DNA from: Marispirochaeta sp.
GTDB lineage: Bacteria; Spirochaetota; Spirochaetia; JC444; Marispirochaetaceae
Direction: 5' to 3'
NCBI GenBank assembly: GCA_963676835.2
Contig: CAXXFF010000002.1
Span: forward strand, 448,001-512,000
Length of the DNA stretch: 64,000 nucleotides
Shown here piece by piece: positions 47,764-57,746 of this stretch. Both the position numbers and the translations under genes were made by a program. Positions within the stretch are counted from its first letter, which is position 1, and every line of letters starts with the position of its first letter. The notes below the pieces were generated by a model. The model did not search any database and was not told the DNA's origin. It saw only the letters and a list, made by a program, of their open reading frames with translations.

Positions 47764-48861
47764 ATGAAACAAACGATCCTGGCTATTACAAAATTTGAAA
47801 TTGAACAACACGAGCTGCTGAGGGTTCTGGAGAAAAACGGCATATCAGACCTGGAATTTATCCGGGTTGAATCCATGGAAGAGGCTGAGCATCTCTTCTT
47901 TGACCGGGATATCCTGCTGGTTATCGGTGATAACAGCCTGCCGGGCATCAGGGAAATCCTGGTGGAGATGAAACAGGATGAGATATTTTCCCATGTCCCG
48001 GTAATCCTGCTTATTCCCCGCCGTACCCGGCAGACAATCCAGCAGGCCCTGCAGGAGGGTTTTGATGTCTGCATCGCCGAAGAGGAGCTATCTCTGCTCC
48101 TGCCCTATCAGGCGATCCCGCTGATTAAAAACCATGTCTGCTCCGACAGCTCCCGGGAAAAGGTTTCCGTACTGCAGGAAAAATCAATCCATGATTTTAT
48201 CCTCATGGATCTGATAAAGGACTATATTCCCCGGACTATTCTCGATATTGCCCGCAACTGCGCCCATGAGCAGAAGATATCGATTCCGGAAGAAGAGACA
48301 ACCCTTACCATTGTATTCGGTGATATCCGGGGCTTTTCTCCCCGTACCCAGCATATGGAGCCGAAGAATGTCATCCGCTACCTAAACCGCGCCTTCGATA
48401 CCGTTTCCCGCCTGGTTTATACCTATAATGGGGACATAGATAAATACATCGGTGATGCATTTCTTGCGGTCTTTTCCGAACCTCTGGACGCCCTTCAGGC
48501 GATGATGGCGGTGCAGCAGGAGATGAGAGAGCAGAACCGGGGGGCTGAGCCTGAGGACATTATCCAGTTTCGTATCGGCATTCACACCGGCCCGGTAATC
48601 CGCGGAAATGTCGGGGGAAACAACCGCTTCGACAACACCCTTATCGGAGATACAGTAAACACCGCAGCCCGGCTGGAACAGATGGGCACCCCCGGGGGTA
48701 TACTGATTTCAGAAACGACCCGGCAGCTGCTGAATCTGGCTCTCCCTGAGGAGTTCAGCCGCAGGGAGCGGATGAAGGGCCGGGCCGGAATAGAGACAGT
48801 CTGGGATGTATTTGAATACCTGGACACCCGGGAGGCCAGTCCTGAACCTGCTGCTTTGTGA
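47764..48861 (+). CDS. Class III adenylate cyclase with degenerate receiver-like N-terminus
   Basis: FGDIRGFS, DKYIGDA, RIGIHTG, TLIGDTVNTAARLE (Lys/Thr ATP specificity). Confidence 0.88.
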   Translation: MKQTILAITKFEIEQHELLRVLEKNGISDLEFIRVESMEEAEHLFFDRDILLVIGDNSLPGIREILVEMKQDEIFSHVPVILLIPRRTRQTIQQALQEGFDVCIAEEELSLLLPYQAIPLIKNHVCSDSSREKVSVLQEKSIHDFILMDLIKDYIPRTILDIARNCAHEQKISIPEEETTLTIVFGDIRGFSPRTQHMEPKNVIRYLNRAFDTVSRLVYTYNGDIDKYIGDAFLAVFSEPLDALQAMMAVQQEMREQNRGAEPEDIIQFRIGIHTGPVIRGNVGGNNRFDNTLIGDTVNTAARLEQMGTPGGILISETTRQLLNLALPEEFSRRERMKGRAGIETVWDVFEYLDTREASPEPAAL

Positions 48862-49582
48862 ACCGGAAGAAATAGAATCTGATAACACTGCCGTCATCAA
48901 AGGAGACAGGGCTGAACATCTGAGAAAGATTCTGAAAGCCTCTCCAGGAGACAGTGTCAGTGCCGGAATTATCGGCACCGGCAGGGGATCCGCAGAAATC
49001 CTTGAATTGAAACCCGGCATGTGCAGAATCCGCATACAGAAAGAGGAAGAACCGGACACCCTGTATCCCCTGCGCCTCGCAGTGGGCATGGTGCGCCCGA
49101 TTCAGGTTAAACGAATACTTAAAACCGGTGCATCCTTCGGGATCAGCGAATTTCTCTTTCTTCCCACTGCTCTGGGAGAAGCATCCTACCGCAAGGCAAA
49201 CATCTGGGATGATTACCGCAGACTTCTGGTGGAAGGTGCTTCCCAGGGAGGTGTCTGCACCCTGCCCAAGGTAAGTCTCTATGGAAGCCTGCAGGAGCTG
49301 ACTACAGCAGTACAGCCGGAGGAAAGATGTATTGTGTATGATCTTCCCTATCTTTCTCACCTTCCAGGCGGCGATTCCCCCCGGAAAAAAGGCGGTGTCT
49401 TATCTAAAGAGGATAAAGCCCTTATACTGATCGGGTCCGAAAGGGGTTGGACGGATAAGGAAAGGAAAGAGATCTACACCTCGGGATTTGAATGCCGCAG
49501 TCTGGGCAGCCGGATTCTAACTACAGAAACCGCCTGCACCGCTGCCATAGTACTTACTCTGCAGGAGATGGGCTTTTTTTGA
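48842..49582 (+). CDS. rsmE: 16S rRNA m3U1498 methyltransferase; probable CTG start (alternative ATG at 48806)
   Basis: HLRKILK, EGASQG, LIGSERGW, SLGSRILTTETA. Confidence 0.88.
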   Translation: MNLLLCEPEEIESDNTAVIKGDRAEHLRKILKASPGDSVSAGIIGTGRGSAEILELKPGMCRIRIQKEEEPDTLYPLRLAVGMVRPIQVKRILKTGASFGISEFLFLPTALGEASYRKANIWDDYRRLLVEGASQGGVCTLPKVSLYGSLQELTTAVQPEERCIVYDLPYLSHLPGGDSPRKKGGVLSKEDKALILIGSERGWTDKERKEIYTSGFECRSLGSRILTTETACTAAIVLTLQEMGFF

Positions 49583-51800
49583 GTCCCAGAAGCAGCAGAA
49601 AAAGATAGATTCCGCCGAAAAACAGCAGAGAAAGAATAATCCAGAAAATCCCATGCCCCTCAGCTGCCTGATAGAACAGAGTGGCCACAATCCATCCCAT
49701 AAGAGTGTGATACACCGCAAAGAGAATGGTATACAGGGTACCGATTTCCCTGAAAACCGTGGCAATAACTGCCAGACAGGGAAAGTAGACCAGAACAAAC
49801 AGCAGATACGCATAAGCCTGGGCCGGGGTAAAATGGCGCTGAAGCAGGACAAAACTGCGGGGATCCTGCTGATCCTCCTGGCCGAATCCAAGGGCACTCA
49901 TAATGCCCTGCGGGATTGAAAGAAGAGAATCGGCAATACCACCGAGAAGAGAATAGCTCTCCTCTTCTGCATCCTCAGCTGCTTCTCCCGCAGGATCCAT
50001 CTGCCCGTACAGTCCATTGATGGTTCCCACAATGGATTCCTTGGCGAAAACTCCGGTAAAAAGCCCTACTGCGGCGGGCCAGTTGTCCCGTTCAACCCCC
50101 ATGGGTGCGAAAACCGGCGTAAGCCCCTTGCCGATGGCAGCCATTACAGAGTTTTCCTTATCCTGATTTCCGATACTGCCGTCCATTCCGAAGCTGCTTA
50201 AGAATCCCAGCAAAAGCACCGCCAGAATAATGACCTTACCCGCCCGGAAGATGAAATCCTTCAGTCTCAGCCAGGTATGCAGCAGAATATGCCTGAACCG
50301 CGGGCTGTGATAGGGAGGAAGCTCCATAATCAGATGGCTCACCTCTCCCCGAAAGGCGGAGGTGCGGAAAATAAAGCCGGTAATAATTGCCAGAACAATT
50401 CCTATAAAGTAGAGGGAAAAGACGATCAGACCGGCAAACTCTCCAAAGAAGGCAGACGCAAACAGAGCATATACCGGAAGGCGGGCGCCGCATGACATAA
50501 GAGGCGACATGAAAATCGTCATAATCCGGTCTTTGCGGGAGTCCAGGGTTCGGGTCGCCAACACCGCCGGCACCGTACAGCCGAAGCCAACCAGCATGGG
50601 AACAAAAGCCTTCCCCGGCAGACCGATATAGCGCATAAAACGGTCCATAATAAAGGCCGCCCGGGACATGTACCCTGAGTCTTCCAGAATGGAAAGCATA
50701 AGAAAAAGGAAGAAGATAACCGGTACAAAGGTAGCCACCGTCTGAATACCGGCACCGATGCCGTCAGCAAGGAGGGCAACCAGAAACGGAGGAGCATGAA
50801 GGGCGGTAAGAAGCAGTCCGAATCCGTCGACAAAAATTGTTCCCGTAAGAATGTCAAAGAAATCTATAAATGCCCCGCCCAGAGATATGGAAAGCCAGAA
50901 AACAAGGTACATTGCCAGGGCAAAGAGGGGAACACCAAGAACAGGGTTCATAACAACATGGTCAATCCTGTCGGTGAGACTCTCTTTTTCAACAGTTCTG
51001 GTAATAACTTCTTTTATTACTCCCCGGATAAGCCCATAACGGGCATTGGCCACCACCACATCGGGAGCATCCCGCAGAATAGAGGTTACCTGCTGGATTT
51101 TCCCTTCAACCTCTTCGGTGGTTATCCACCCTTTTTTCATCTCCCTGGGGGTGAGAATCTCATCCTCTTCAAGAAGCTTGACTGCGGTCCAGCGGGGCTG
51201 CCGGGTATCAGGATCGGCCGCCAGAATCCGGGGCGTCCACTCACGAATAACATCCTCAACCTCGTTGGGATATTTTACCTCAACCTCGGAAGGCGCAGCC
51301 TTATCCGGACCATTCAGGGCAGCCCGGATCCCCTGCATAAGAGTTTCCACTGCATCCGGGCTGGTGGCGGAAACCTTCATTGCAGACAAGCCTAAATGAG
51401 TACTCAAGTGTCTTTCATCAATGGACAACCCCTGGGCTTCAGCAAGGTCGTGCATGTTAAGAGCAAGAATTGAGGGAATCCCCATCTCCATCAGCTGGGT
51501 TGTCAGATAGAGATTCCGTTCAAGGTTGGTGGAGTCCAGAATATTTACAGCAAGATCAAAATTACCGGCGTTGAGAAAATTCCGGCTTACCCGTTCATCA
51601 TCCGTTTTGGCAGAAAGGCCGTAGATTCCGGGGAGATCGACAAAAAGAAAAGTATCGTCCCCCTCCTTCCGGGCACCTTCTACCAGATCAACCGTTACGC
51701 CCGGCCAGTTGCCTATTCGCTGGGAACTGCCGGTAAGTGCATTAAAAAGGGTGGTCTTCCCGCTGTTGGGGTTACCTACCAGTGCAATAGTATATTTCAT
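49554..51800 (-). CDS. feoB: Ferrous iron transporter B
   Basis: GNPNSGKTT, GNWPGVT, DLPG, NMHD, GFGCTVP, MSCGARLP, MELPPY, YFPC. Confidence 0.97.
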   Translation of the reverse strand: MKYTIALVGNPNSGKTTLFNALTGSSQRIGNWPGVTVDLVEGARKEGDDTFLFVDLPGIYGLSAKTDDERVSRNFLNAGNFDLAVNILDSTNLERNLYLTTQLMEMGIPSILALNMHDLAEAQGLSIDERHLSTHLGLSAMKVSATSPDAVETLMQGIRAALNGPDKAAPSEVEVKYPNEVEDVIREWTPRILAADPDTRQPRWTAVKLLEEDEILTPREMKKGWITTEEVEGKIQQVTSILRDAPDVVVANARYGLIRGVIKEVITRTVEKESLTDRIDHVVMNPVLGVPLFALAMYLVFWLSISLGGAFIDFFDILTGTIFVDGFGLLLTALHAPPFLVALLADGIGAGIQTVATFVPVIFFLFLMLSILEDSGYMSRAAFIMDRFMRYIGLPGKAFVPMLVGFGCTVPAVLATRTLDSRKDRIMTIFMSPLMSCGARLPVYALFASAFFGEFAGLIVFSLYFIGIVLAIITGFIFRTSAFRGEVSHLIMELPPYHSPRFRHILLHTWLRLKDFIFRAGKVIILAVLLLGFLSSFGMDGSIGNQDKENSVMAAIGKGLTPVFAPMGVERDNWPAAVGLFTGVFAKESIVGTINGLYGQMDPAGEAAEDAEEESYSLLGGIADSLLSIPQGIMSALGFGQEDQQDPRSFVLLQRHFTPAQAYAYLLFVLVYFPCLAVIATVFREIGTLYTILFAVYHTLMGWIVATLFYQAAEGHGIFWIILSLLFFGGIYLFLLLLGLKKSPSPAE

Positions 51801-51810
51801 GGCTTTCCTG

Positions 51811-52089
51811 CTACTGCTCTGTTGTTGAGGAATCCTCGCTTACAAGGATGTGACTGGCAATACCCTGGCCGAGCATTACCTTGGAGGTCTTTACCATAAG
51901 CACGAAGGGCAGCCCTTTTCCGCCGCGGACAATTTTAACCTGTTCCCCGGGAACAATTCCCAGATCCAGCAACCTCTGGCGCATGCCTTTGCCGCCGCGG
52001 AAGGTTTGAACAGTCACCGTCTTGCCTGCGGAGACTTCTGAGAGGGGCCACATTTGCTGCTCCATTGCCTGATGTACACCGGACTTCAT
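51811..52089 (-). CDS. feoA: Ferrous iron transport protein A; start uncertain
   Basis: QRLLDLGIVPG..V, LGQGIA..I.V; directly upstream of feoB. Confidence 0.9.
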   Translation of the reverse strand: MKSGVHQAMEQQMWPLSEVSAGKTVTVQTFRGGKGMRQRLLDLGIVPGEQVKIVRGGKGLPFVLMVKTSKVMLGQGIASHILVSEDSSTTEQ

Positions 52090-52091
52090 TA

Positions 52092-52105
52092 TTAGGCCTG
52101 CCTAT
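52092..52105. promoter_or_regulatory. Candidate DtxR/TroR-type metal operator upstream of feoAB
   Basis: TTAGGC-CT-GCCTAT imperfect palindrome resembling TTAGG...CCTAA. Confidence 0.4.
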
Positions 52106-52189
52106 CTTGCTTCGGATAATCTATTATCTTCAATATACTGATATTTTGTCAATTATCCACAGTTTTCGGGGAAGAAATTTTAATGCGTA

Positions 52190-53443
52190 TTAATACAGTT
52201 TCTGAAGCTCTTCCGCGATGATCTCAATTCCCCGCTGTACATCATCCGGGTTCTGGGCATAACTCAGCCGCAGGCATTCATCGCGGTGCGTCCAGGGGTC
52301 ATCATTGCCGAAAAAGAAATAGCTCCCCGGAATAACCAGCACCCGGCGCTTTTTCAGCCGCTGGTAAAGTTCCATGCTGGTTATGGGAAGCTCTTTCATC
52401 CACAGCCAGAGGAAGATTGAGCCCTCACACTGATGCAGTGCATAAGGGAGCCCCTGAAAAGCCTGATCGATATACCCTTGAGTCTGCAGAGATTTCGCCT
52501 GATAAAAGGGACGTACCACTTCCCTGCTCAACTTCAACAGCCCTCCGTCGGTAAGAAGGGGTGCTGTTATTACCTGGCCGATGCTGGAGTTTGAGAGACT
52601 CACAATGGCGTTCACTCCGGAAAAGGCTTCGATAATCTCCTTTGAAGCAACAACGATTCCGGTTCTCGATCCGGGAAGACCGATTTTTGAGAGACTCATA
52701 CTGAGAATGATATGCTCATCCCATATCGGTTTTGTTTCGGAAAAAATAATATTGGGAAAAGGCGCTCCATAGGCGTTATCCACGATAAGAGGAATGCCGG
52801 TATCCCGGGCAAGCTTTGACAGCATTGCCAGTTCATCATCGGTAATAACATTGCCCGTGGGATTGGTAGGACGGGAAACACAGATGGCGCCGATATCCGG
52901 AGTAACTTCAAGGTTGTGGATATCCGGATGGTACTTGAAGCGGTTACCGGGAAGTTCTTCAATTCTTGATTTTCTGGCGGAGAAGATTCCCGGCTCAATA
53001 CCCTGGTCGGCATAGCCGATATACTCCGGAAGCACCGGCAGCATAATCCGCTTCAGCATGCCCTTTTCATCGGTACCGCCGAACATATTAAATAAAAAGA
53101 AGAACGCACTCTGACTGCCGTTGGTTACCGCAATATTCTCAGGCCCTATGTTCCAGCCGTACTCTGTCCTCAGCATCTCTGCCAAAGCAGTGAGAAAACT
53201 CTCCTTGCCTCTGGGCGTATCGTAATTGGCAACCATCTGTTCAAACTCACGACCGTTGGAGAGAACCTCCTCCATCCGGTTCCGCCAGAGGCTGTTTACC
53301 TCGGGAATATGGGCCGGGTTTCCCCCGCCGAGCATATAGACCTTCTCTTGTGTCTGCATCGCCGCGCCCAGGTCCTCCATTAGCTCATTTATCCCTGAGG
53401 GGGAAGAGAACTGCTGACCAAAACGTGACATGGAAAAACTCAT
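52190..53443 (-). CDS. avtA: Valine--pyruvate aminotransferase
   Basis: SGINELMEDL, MLGGGNPAHIP, TNGSQSAFF, PEYIGYAD, SRPTNPTGN, SLSKIGLPG. Confidence 0.92.
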   Translation of the reverse strand: MSFSMSRFGQQFSSPSGINELMEDLGAAMQTQEKVYMLGGGNPAHIPEVNSLWRNRMEEVLSNGREFEQMVANYDTPRGKESFLTALAEMLRTEYGWNIGPENIAVTNGSQSAFFFLFNMFGGTDEKGMLKRIMLPVLPEYIGYADQGIEPGIFSARKSRIEELPGNRFKYHPDIHNLEVTPDIGAICVSRPTNPTGNVITDDELAMLSKLARDTGIPLIVDNAYGAPFPNIIFSETKPIWDEHIILSMSLSKIGLPGSRTGIVVASKEIIEAFSGVNAIVSLSNSSIGQVITAPLLTDGGLLKLSREVVRPFYQAKSLQTQGYIDQAFQGLPYALHQCEGSIFLWLWMKELPITSMELYQRLKKRRVLVIPGSYFFFGNDDPWTHRDECLRLSYAQNPDDVQRGIEIIAEELQKLY

Positions 53444-53557
53444 AGAAGGGGCCTCCTGGTGCCGGCTGTTGTACATTAGTGTAACATATCAGGCCTGCTA
53501 AAATAAACCGAGCCCCTCCGGCTTGCCTTATATCCGGCCGGCATGAGACTATAGCCT

Positions 53558-53980
53558 ATGGACAGTCAGTCAGTACGCAGCTGGATCGAAAACGAGGGGG
53601 AATTCAGCTTCTCCCGCTCCGCCGGGCCGGGAGGGCAGAACGTAAACAAACTCAACACCAAAGTCACCCTCAGCCTCGACCTGAGTAGGGTCCCGGGCCT
53701 CTCTGAGAGCGAACTTGCCTTGCTGCAGAAAAAACTGCAGAGCCGCATCAGCGGAGAGCAGAAACTGGTTCTTCAGGTTCAGGATACCCGCAGTCAGGGG
53801 CGAAACCGTGAAATTGCCGTCCTGCGGGCAATGGAAATCATAGCTTTGGCCCTGGTAAAGCGTAAAAAGCGCAAACCAACCCGCCCTACCGCCTCATCAA
53901 AAACCCGGAGGCTGGATAAAAAGAAGCAGCGGGGCAGTATAAAAAAATCACGCAAAAATCCCGGTCCCGATTCATGGTAA
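53558..53980 (+). CDS. arfB: Alternative ribosome rescue factor B
   Basis: SRSAGPGGQNVNK, RSQGRNR, basic tail RKPTRPT...RRLDKKK. Confidence 0.93.
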   Translation: MDSQSVRSWIENEGEFSFSRSAGPGGQNVNKLNTKVTLSLDLSRVPGLSESELALLQKKLQSRISGEQKLVLQVQDTRSQGRNREIAVLRAMEIIALALVKRKKRKPTRPTASSKTRRLDKKKQRGSIKKSRKNPGPDSW

Positions 53981-54155
53981 ATAGTCCTGCTGAATAAGTA
54001 ACATTTTTTCTTCCTTCAAGACATACATTACCTGTGCACATTTTACAGAAATCTAATTGCTGCCGGGGTATCCGCTGTGTATATTATGCACTACACTGAC
54101 CGTGGAAAAGTTAACGATCGGTCGGTTACTTGATTATTTCAACAAACAAAGAAGT

Positions 54156-55394
54156 ATGGAAAAAAGAGAAATTCTTGAAGCTGCCTTCAACCAGTGGCAG
54201 CACAACATGTTTATCCACACCAGTCTCACCCCGGTAGCGGAAGAACTGAAGGTAACCAAGGCAGCCATCTACCGTCATTTCTCCAGCAAGAAATCCCTGG
54301 AGCAGGCAATGGAGGAACTTTTTGCCTCCGACTACCGCCTTGCTTCTCCGACTATTCTGTCGTTCCCGGAAAAGGTGAAAGGGGAAAATAGCCGAAAAGG
54401 AGATTCTGAAATATCCAGCCTTTTTCTTGAGGAGTATACCAGGGGGCTGACTGACTTTCTTTCTGCACATCCAGGATACATCCGCTTTATGACCGCCCGG
54501 CTTTTTCATAGCGATTCAGTGGATAAACTCCTGTTCAAAGAGACCTTCTTCCATGAAGCGGAACAGATTATCCACTGGTTTCGCACAAGCGGAATGGAGG
54601 AATCACTTGCAATCCGCACTATCCGGTATTTCTATACCCACCTGCTTGGATTCTCCCTGCTTCTGCTGAAAAACGGCAAAAAGGAGTCAGAAATCCCCGG
54701 ATACGCGGGAGTTATTACAAGCTCCTTCCTCCAGGGATTCAGCGCTTCCGCAGATACCCGGCCCGATTTTACCGCGGCGGAGGTGGAAATATCAGTCAAG
54801 CCGGAAGATCTGCCCAGGAATAACCGTATTATCGATTCCCTGCTCGCCGTAGTCAGCCGCGACGGCTTAAAGAATGCAAGTCTCAGTAAAATTGCCGATG
54901 AGGCAGGATACTCAAAAAGTACCCTCTACTCATTCTTCAAGAACAAGGACGAGATGCTTTTCAGCCTCTTTTCCGAACATGCCGCCGCCTTTGATACCCT
55001 TTATCGCAGATTCTGCGGCAGGGAATACAGTTTTCAGGAACGGGTCTACCGGCTTATTGTTCTGCTTCACCGCTATCTGGTGCGGAATGAATCCTTCCTT
55101 ATTACCCTGCACTGGATGCGTTTTCAGAACCTGCATATAGAGACCAGCAATAGAAACAGATGGAAAGAAAGTCTGCCCGAGTTTTTCAGTCTTCCCGAAG
55201 AGAGGGGCTGCAGAAACTTCGGGCTTAAGCCCGCATCATTAATGAACCTGCTCTGGGTTCAGATGATCCGGGAAATACTGGAACTTACCCGTGCCGGAAA
55301 CCTCGTTGAGGTTAAGGACGGAGATAATAGTGAACAATTACGCAATCTTTACCGCATATTCTGCCATGGAGCAGAAGATTTTTTCAGGAGTTGA
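54156..55394 (+). CDS. Tandem (double-HTH) TetR/AcrR family regulator
   Basis: HTH 1 VAEELKVTKAAIYRHFSSK; HTH 2 SLSKIADEAGYSKSTLYSFFKNKDEM. Confidence 0.85.
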   Translation: MEKREILEAAFNQWQHNMFIHTSLTPVAEELKVTKAAIYRHFSSKKSLEQAMEELFASDYRLASPTILSFPEKVKGENSRKGDSEISSLFLEEYTRGLTDFLSAHPGYIRFMTARLFHSDSVDKLLFKETFFHEAEQIIHWFRTSGMEESLAIRTIRYFYTHLLGFSLLLLKNGKKESEIPGYAGVITSSFLQGFSASADTRPDFTAAEVEISVKPEDLPRNNRIIDSLLAVVSRDGLKNASLSKIADEAGYSKSTLYSFFKNKDEMLFSLFSEHAAAFDTLYRRFCGREYSFQERVYRLIVLLHRYLVRNESFLITLHWMRFQNLHIETSNRNRWKESLPEFFSLPEERGCRNFGLKPASLMNLLWVQMIREILELTRAGNLVEVKDGDNSEQLRNLYRIFCHGAEDFFRS

Positions 55395-55397
55395 ATA

Positions 55398-56792
55398 ATG
55401 AAAACAGTTTGCCGATCAGCAGGAATTCTCACTGTGCTGTTGTTTGTCCTCACCACCGGACTTTTCTCCCAGCCCCTCCCTCTGGAGAGGGAAGATATTG
55501 ATAAACTCATCGGTGAAGACCTCACCATTGCCGATGCTGACAGCTATTCTCTTACTGTTGAAGAAGCAGTTGAGTTGGCGCTGGAAAACAACCTGAGCCT
55601 GGTCAGTGAGGCGGCTTCTCTGCGAACGGATAAGCGCACCATGGATACCGCCTGGAATGTACTTATCCCCTCGGTCAGGGCAACATCAACCCTCACACGC
55701 TTCAGCGATGAGGTGGGTGTGGCACCCAACACCTACATGGGAACCCTCTCAGCCGGGGTGAACTTCTCCCTTACCCTTACCCCCCAGCTCTGGTACGCAT
55801 TCCGGGCAACCATGTACAACTACGAGCAGGGACAACTTGCCCAGGAAGATGCCCGTCTGGAGATTGCCACCAATGTAAAGAAGCAGTTCTACACCCTGCT
55901 GACCCTGCAGGAACAGATCAAGATTCTGGAACAGCAGCAGCGCTCCTACGAAAAGCGCTTTGATCAGGCTTCCACCAACTACGATTTTGGTCTTGCCGAT
56001 GAGTATACAAAACTGAGCGCCCAGGTGGCCCTGGAAAACTTCAAGCCCCAGGTGGAGATTGCCCGGGACGGATATGAGCAGGCAATTCTGGGCTTCAAGC
56101 TGAGTCTGGGTATCAACCTGAACTCTGAACTTAACCTGAATGGAAAAATTGAGATTACCCCCCGCACCTACAACGCGGAAAAACTCATCGACAGCTATAT
56201 TCTCAACCGGCTGGATATTCAGACCCTGGTCTCCAGCCTTAACAGCCTGGATAACTCACGGAAGCTTGCCTTCTCCGGCTATCTACCTTCCCTTACCCTG
56301 GGCTACGCACTGGATCAGGATCTCTCCGGCGACCCCTGGAGTGATTTTTCCCTTTCTCCGGGAGACTGGGAAGACGGTTCAAGCCATCAGGTTCTCTCCC
56401 TGACCCTCTCCATGAGTCTCAGTGAATTCCTCCCGGTGTCCAGCACCAGTAACGGTATCAAAGAGATTGATGATTCCCGGGAAGCCCTCAGGGCAACCCT
56501 TGCCCAGGCCCTTCAGGGGGCGGAACTTGAGATACTGACCGCGGTTCAGACAGTTAATAAGTCGGTTCAGGTTATCAAGGCCAAGGAACTGAATGTTGAA
56601 CTTGCCCAGCGGGCCTACCAGTTAGCGGAGGAATCCTATAATGCCGGCGGCATGTCCCTCCTGGATGTGGAAGATGCGGAGGACAAGCTCCAGGAAGCCC
56701 GCTTCGATCTCCTCAGCGAGAAGGTAAATTATATCAGCGGTATTGTTGACCTTGAGTCAGCAATAAACCGCTCCGTGGACGATGTGGAATAA
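55398..56792 (+). CDS. TolC-family outer membrane efflux protein
   Basis: Signal peptide; LTVEEAVELALENN, Y..G.MSLLDV.DA repeats; operon context. Confidence 0.9.
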   Translation: MKTVCRSAGILTVLLFVLTTGLFSQPLPLEREDIDKLIGEDLTIADADSYSLTVEEAVELALENNLSLVSEAASLRTDKRTMDTAWNVLIPSVRATSTLTRFSDEVGVAPNTYMGTLSAGVNFSLTLTPQLWYAFRATMYNYEQGQLAQEDARLEIATNVKKQFYTLLTLQEQIKILEQQQRSYEKRFDQASTNYDFGLADEYTKLSAQVALENFKPQVEIARDGYEQAILGFKLSLGINLNSELNLNGKIEITPRTYNAEKLIDSYILNRLDIQTLVSSLNSLDNSRKLAFSGYLPSLTLGYALDQDLSGDPWSDFSLSPGDWEDGSSHQVLSLTLSMSLSEFLPVSSTSNGIKEIDDSREALRATLAQALQGAELEILTAVQTVNKSVQVIKAKELNVELAQRAYQLAEESYNAGGMSLLDVEDAEDKLQEARFDLLSEKVNYISGIVDLESAINRSVDDVE

Positions 56793-56804
56793 GGAAGGAT
56801 TACC

Positions 56805-57734
56805 ATGAAAAAAAGAACTCTGATACCAATCCTGACAGCAGCAGCCCTGCTTATTCTGATCTCGGGCTGTCAACGACCCGGACAGAAGCCCGGTGGGGGA
56901 GATGAAGAAGATACGGTATTTGCGGTCAACACCACCACCGCAGTAAAGGGGCAGCTCTTTGACTATCTTGAGATAAACGGCGATATTGTTGCCCAGTCCA
57001 GTGTTGATGTCTATGCGGATACCACCGGCAAGCTCTCCCGGCTCAATGTAAAGGTAGGAGACTACGTCTCTAAGAACCAGGTTATTGCAGAAGTTGACCC
57101 TTCCCGCCCGGGGCAGACCTTTGCTGCCAGCCCGGTAAAAACCCCCATTGCGGGAACAATCACCAGCATTCCCGGGGACATCGGCGCGGTAATTTCCACG
57201 GCAGTTCCGGTGGCCACGGTCAGCAAGGTTGACAGCCTGGAAATTTCCACCGGTATCGCTGAACGCTACATTTCCCGCATACAGACAGGTCAGCAGGCCC
57301 TGGTGGAGCTCGAGGCATACCCGGATATCCGCTTTACCGCCTATGTCAGCGAAGTCAGCCCCGTGGTTGATCCCCTTACCCGGACCATGGCAGTAACCCT
57401 CGCATTCAATAAACAGGACAGCCGCATAAAGGCGGGCATGTTCGCCAAGGTAAAAATAATCGTCCAGGAGAAAACAGAGACGGTCAAAATCCCTCAGGAG
57501 TGTATGGTTACCAGAGAAGATGCTCCGGTTGTTTTTGTGGTTGGTGAAAATGATCAGGTTATAGCCCGGCCCATAACCCCCGGTATTCAGATAGATAATA
57601 AACTTGAAGTTCTCGATGGAATCAGCCCGGGAGAAACGGTGGTTATCCGGGGTCAGACACTGCTGGAAGACGGGGCAAAGATACGGGTGATCGATACCAT
57701 AGAACCCCTTCCAGATACCGACACCATCCGTTAG
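56805..57734 (+). CDS. RND periplasmic adaptor lipoprotein
   Basis: Lipobox ISGC; VKVGDYV, TPIAG, SPVVDPLTRT, AGMF, VIRGQ. Confidence 0.92.
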   Translation: MKKRTLIPILTAAALLILISGCQRPGQKPGGGDEEDTVFAVNTTTAVKGQLFDYLEINGDIVAQSSVDVYADTTGKLSRLNVKVGDYVSKNQVIAEVDPSRPGQTFAASPVKTPIAGTITSIPGDIGAVISTAVPVATVSKVDSLEISTGIAERYISRIQTGQQALVELEAYPDIRFTAYVSEVSPVVDPLTRTMAVTLAFNKQDSRIKAGMFAKVKIIVQEKTETVKIPQECMVTREDAPVVFVVGENDQVIARPITPGIQIDNKLEVLDGISPGETVVIRGQTLLEDGAKIRVIDTIEPLPDTDTIR

Positions 57735-57746
57735 GGCGGTTTTACC

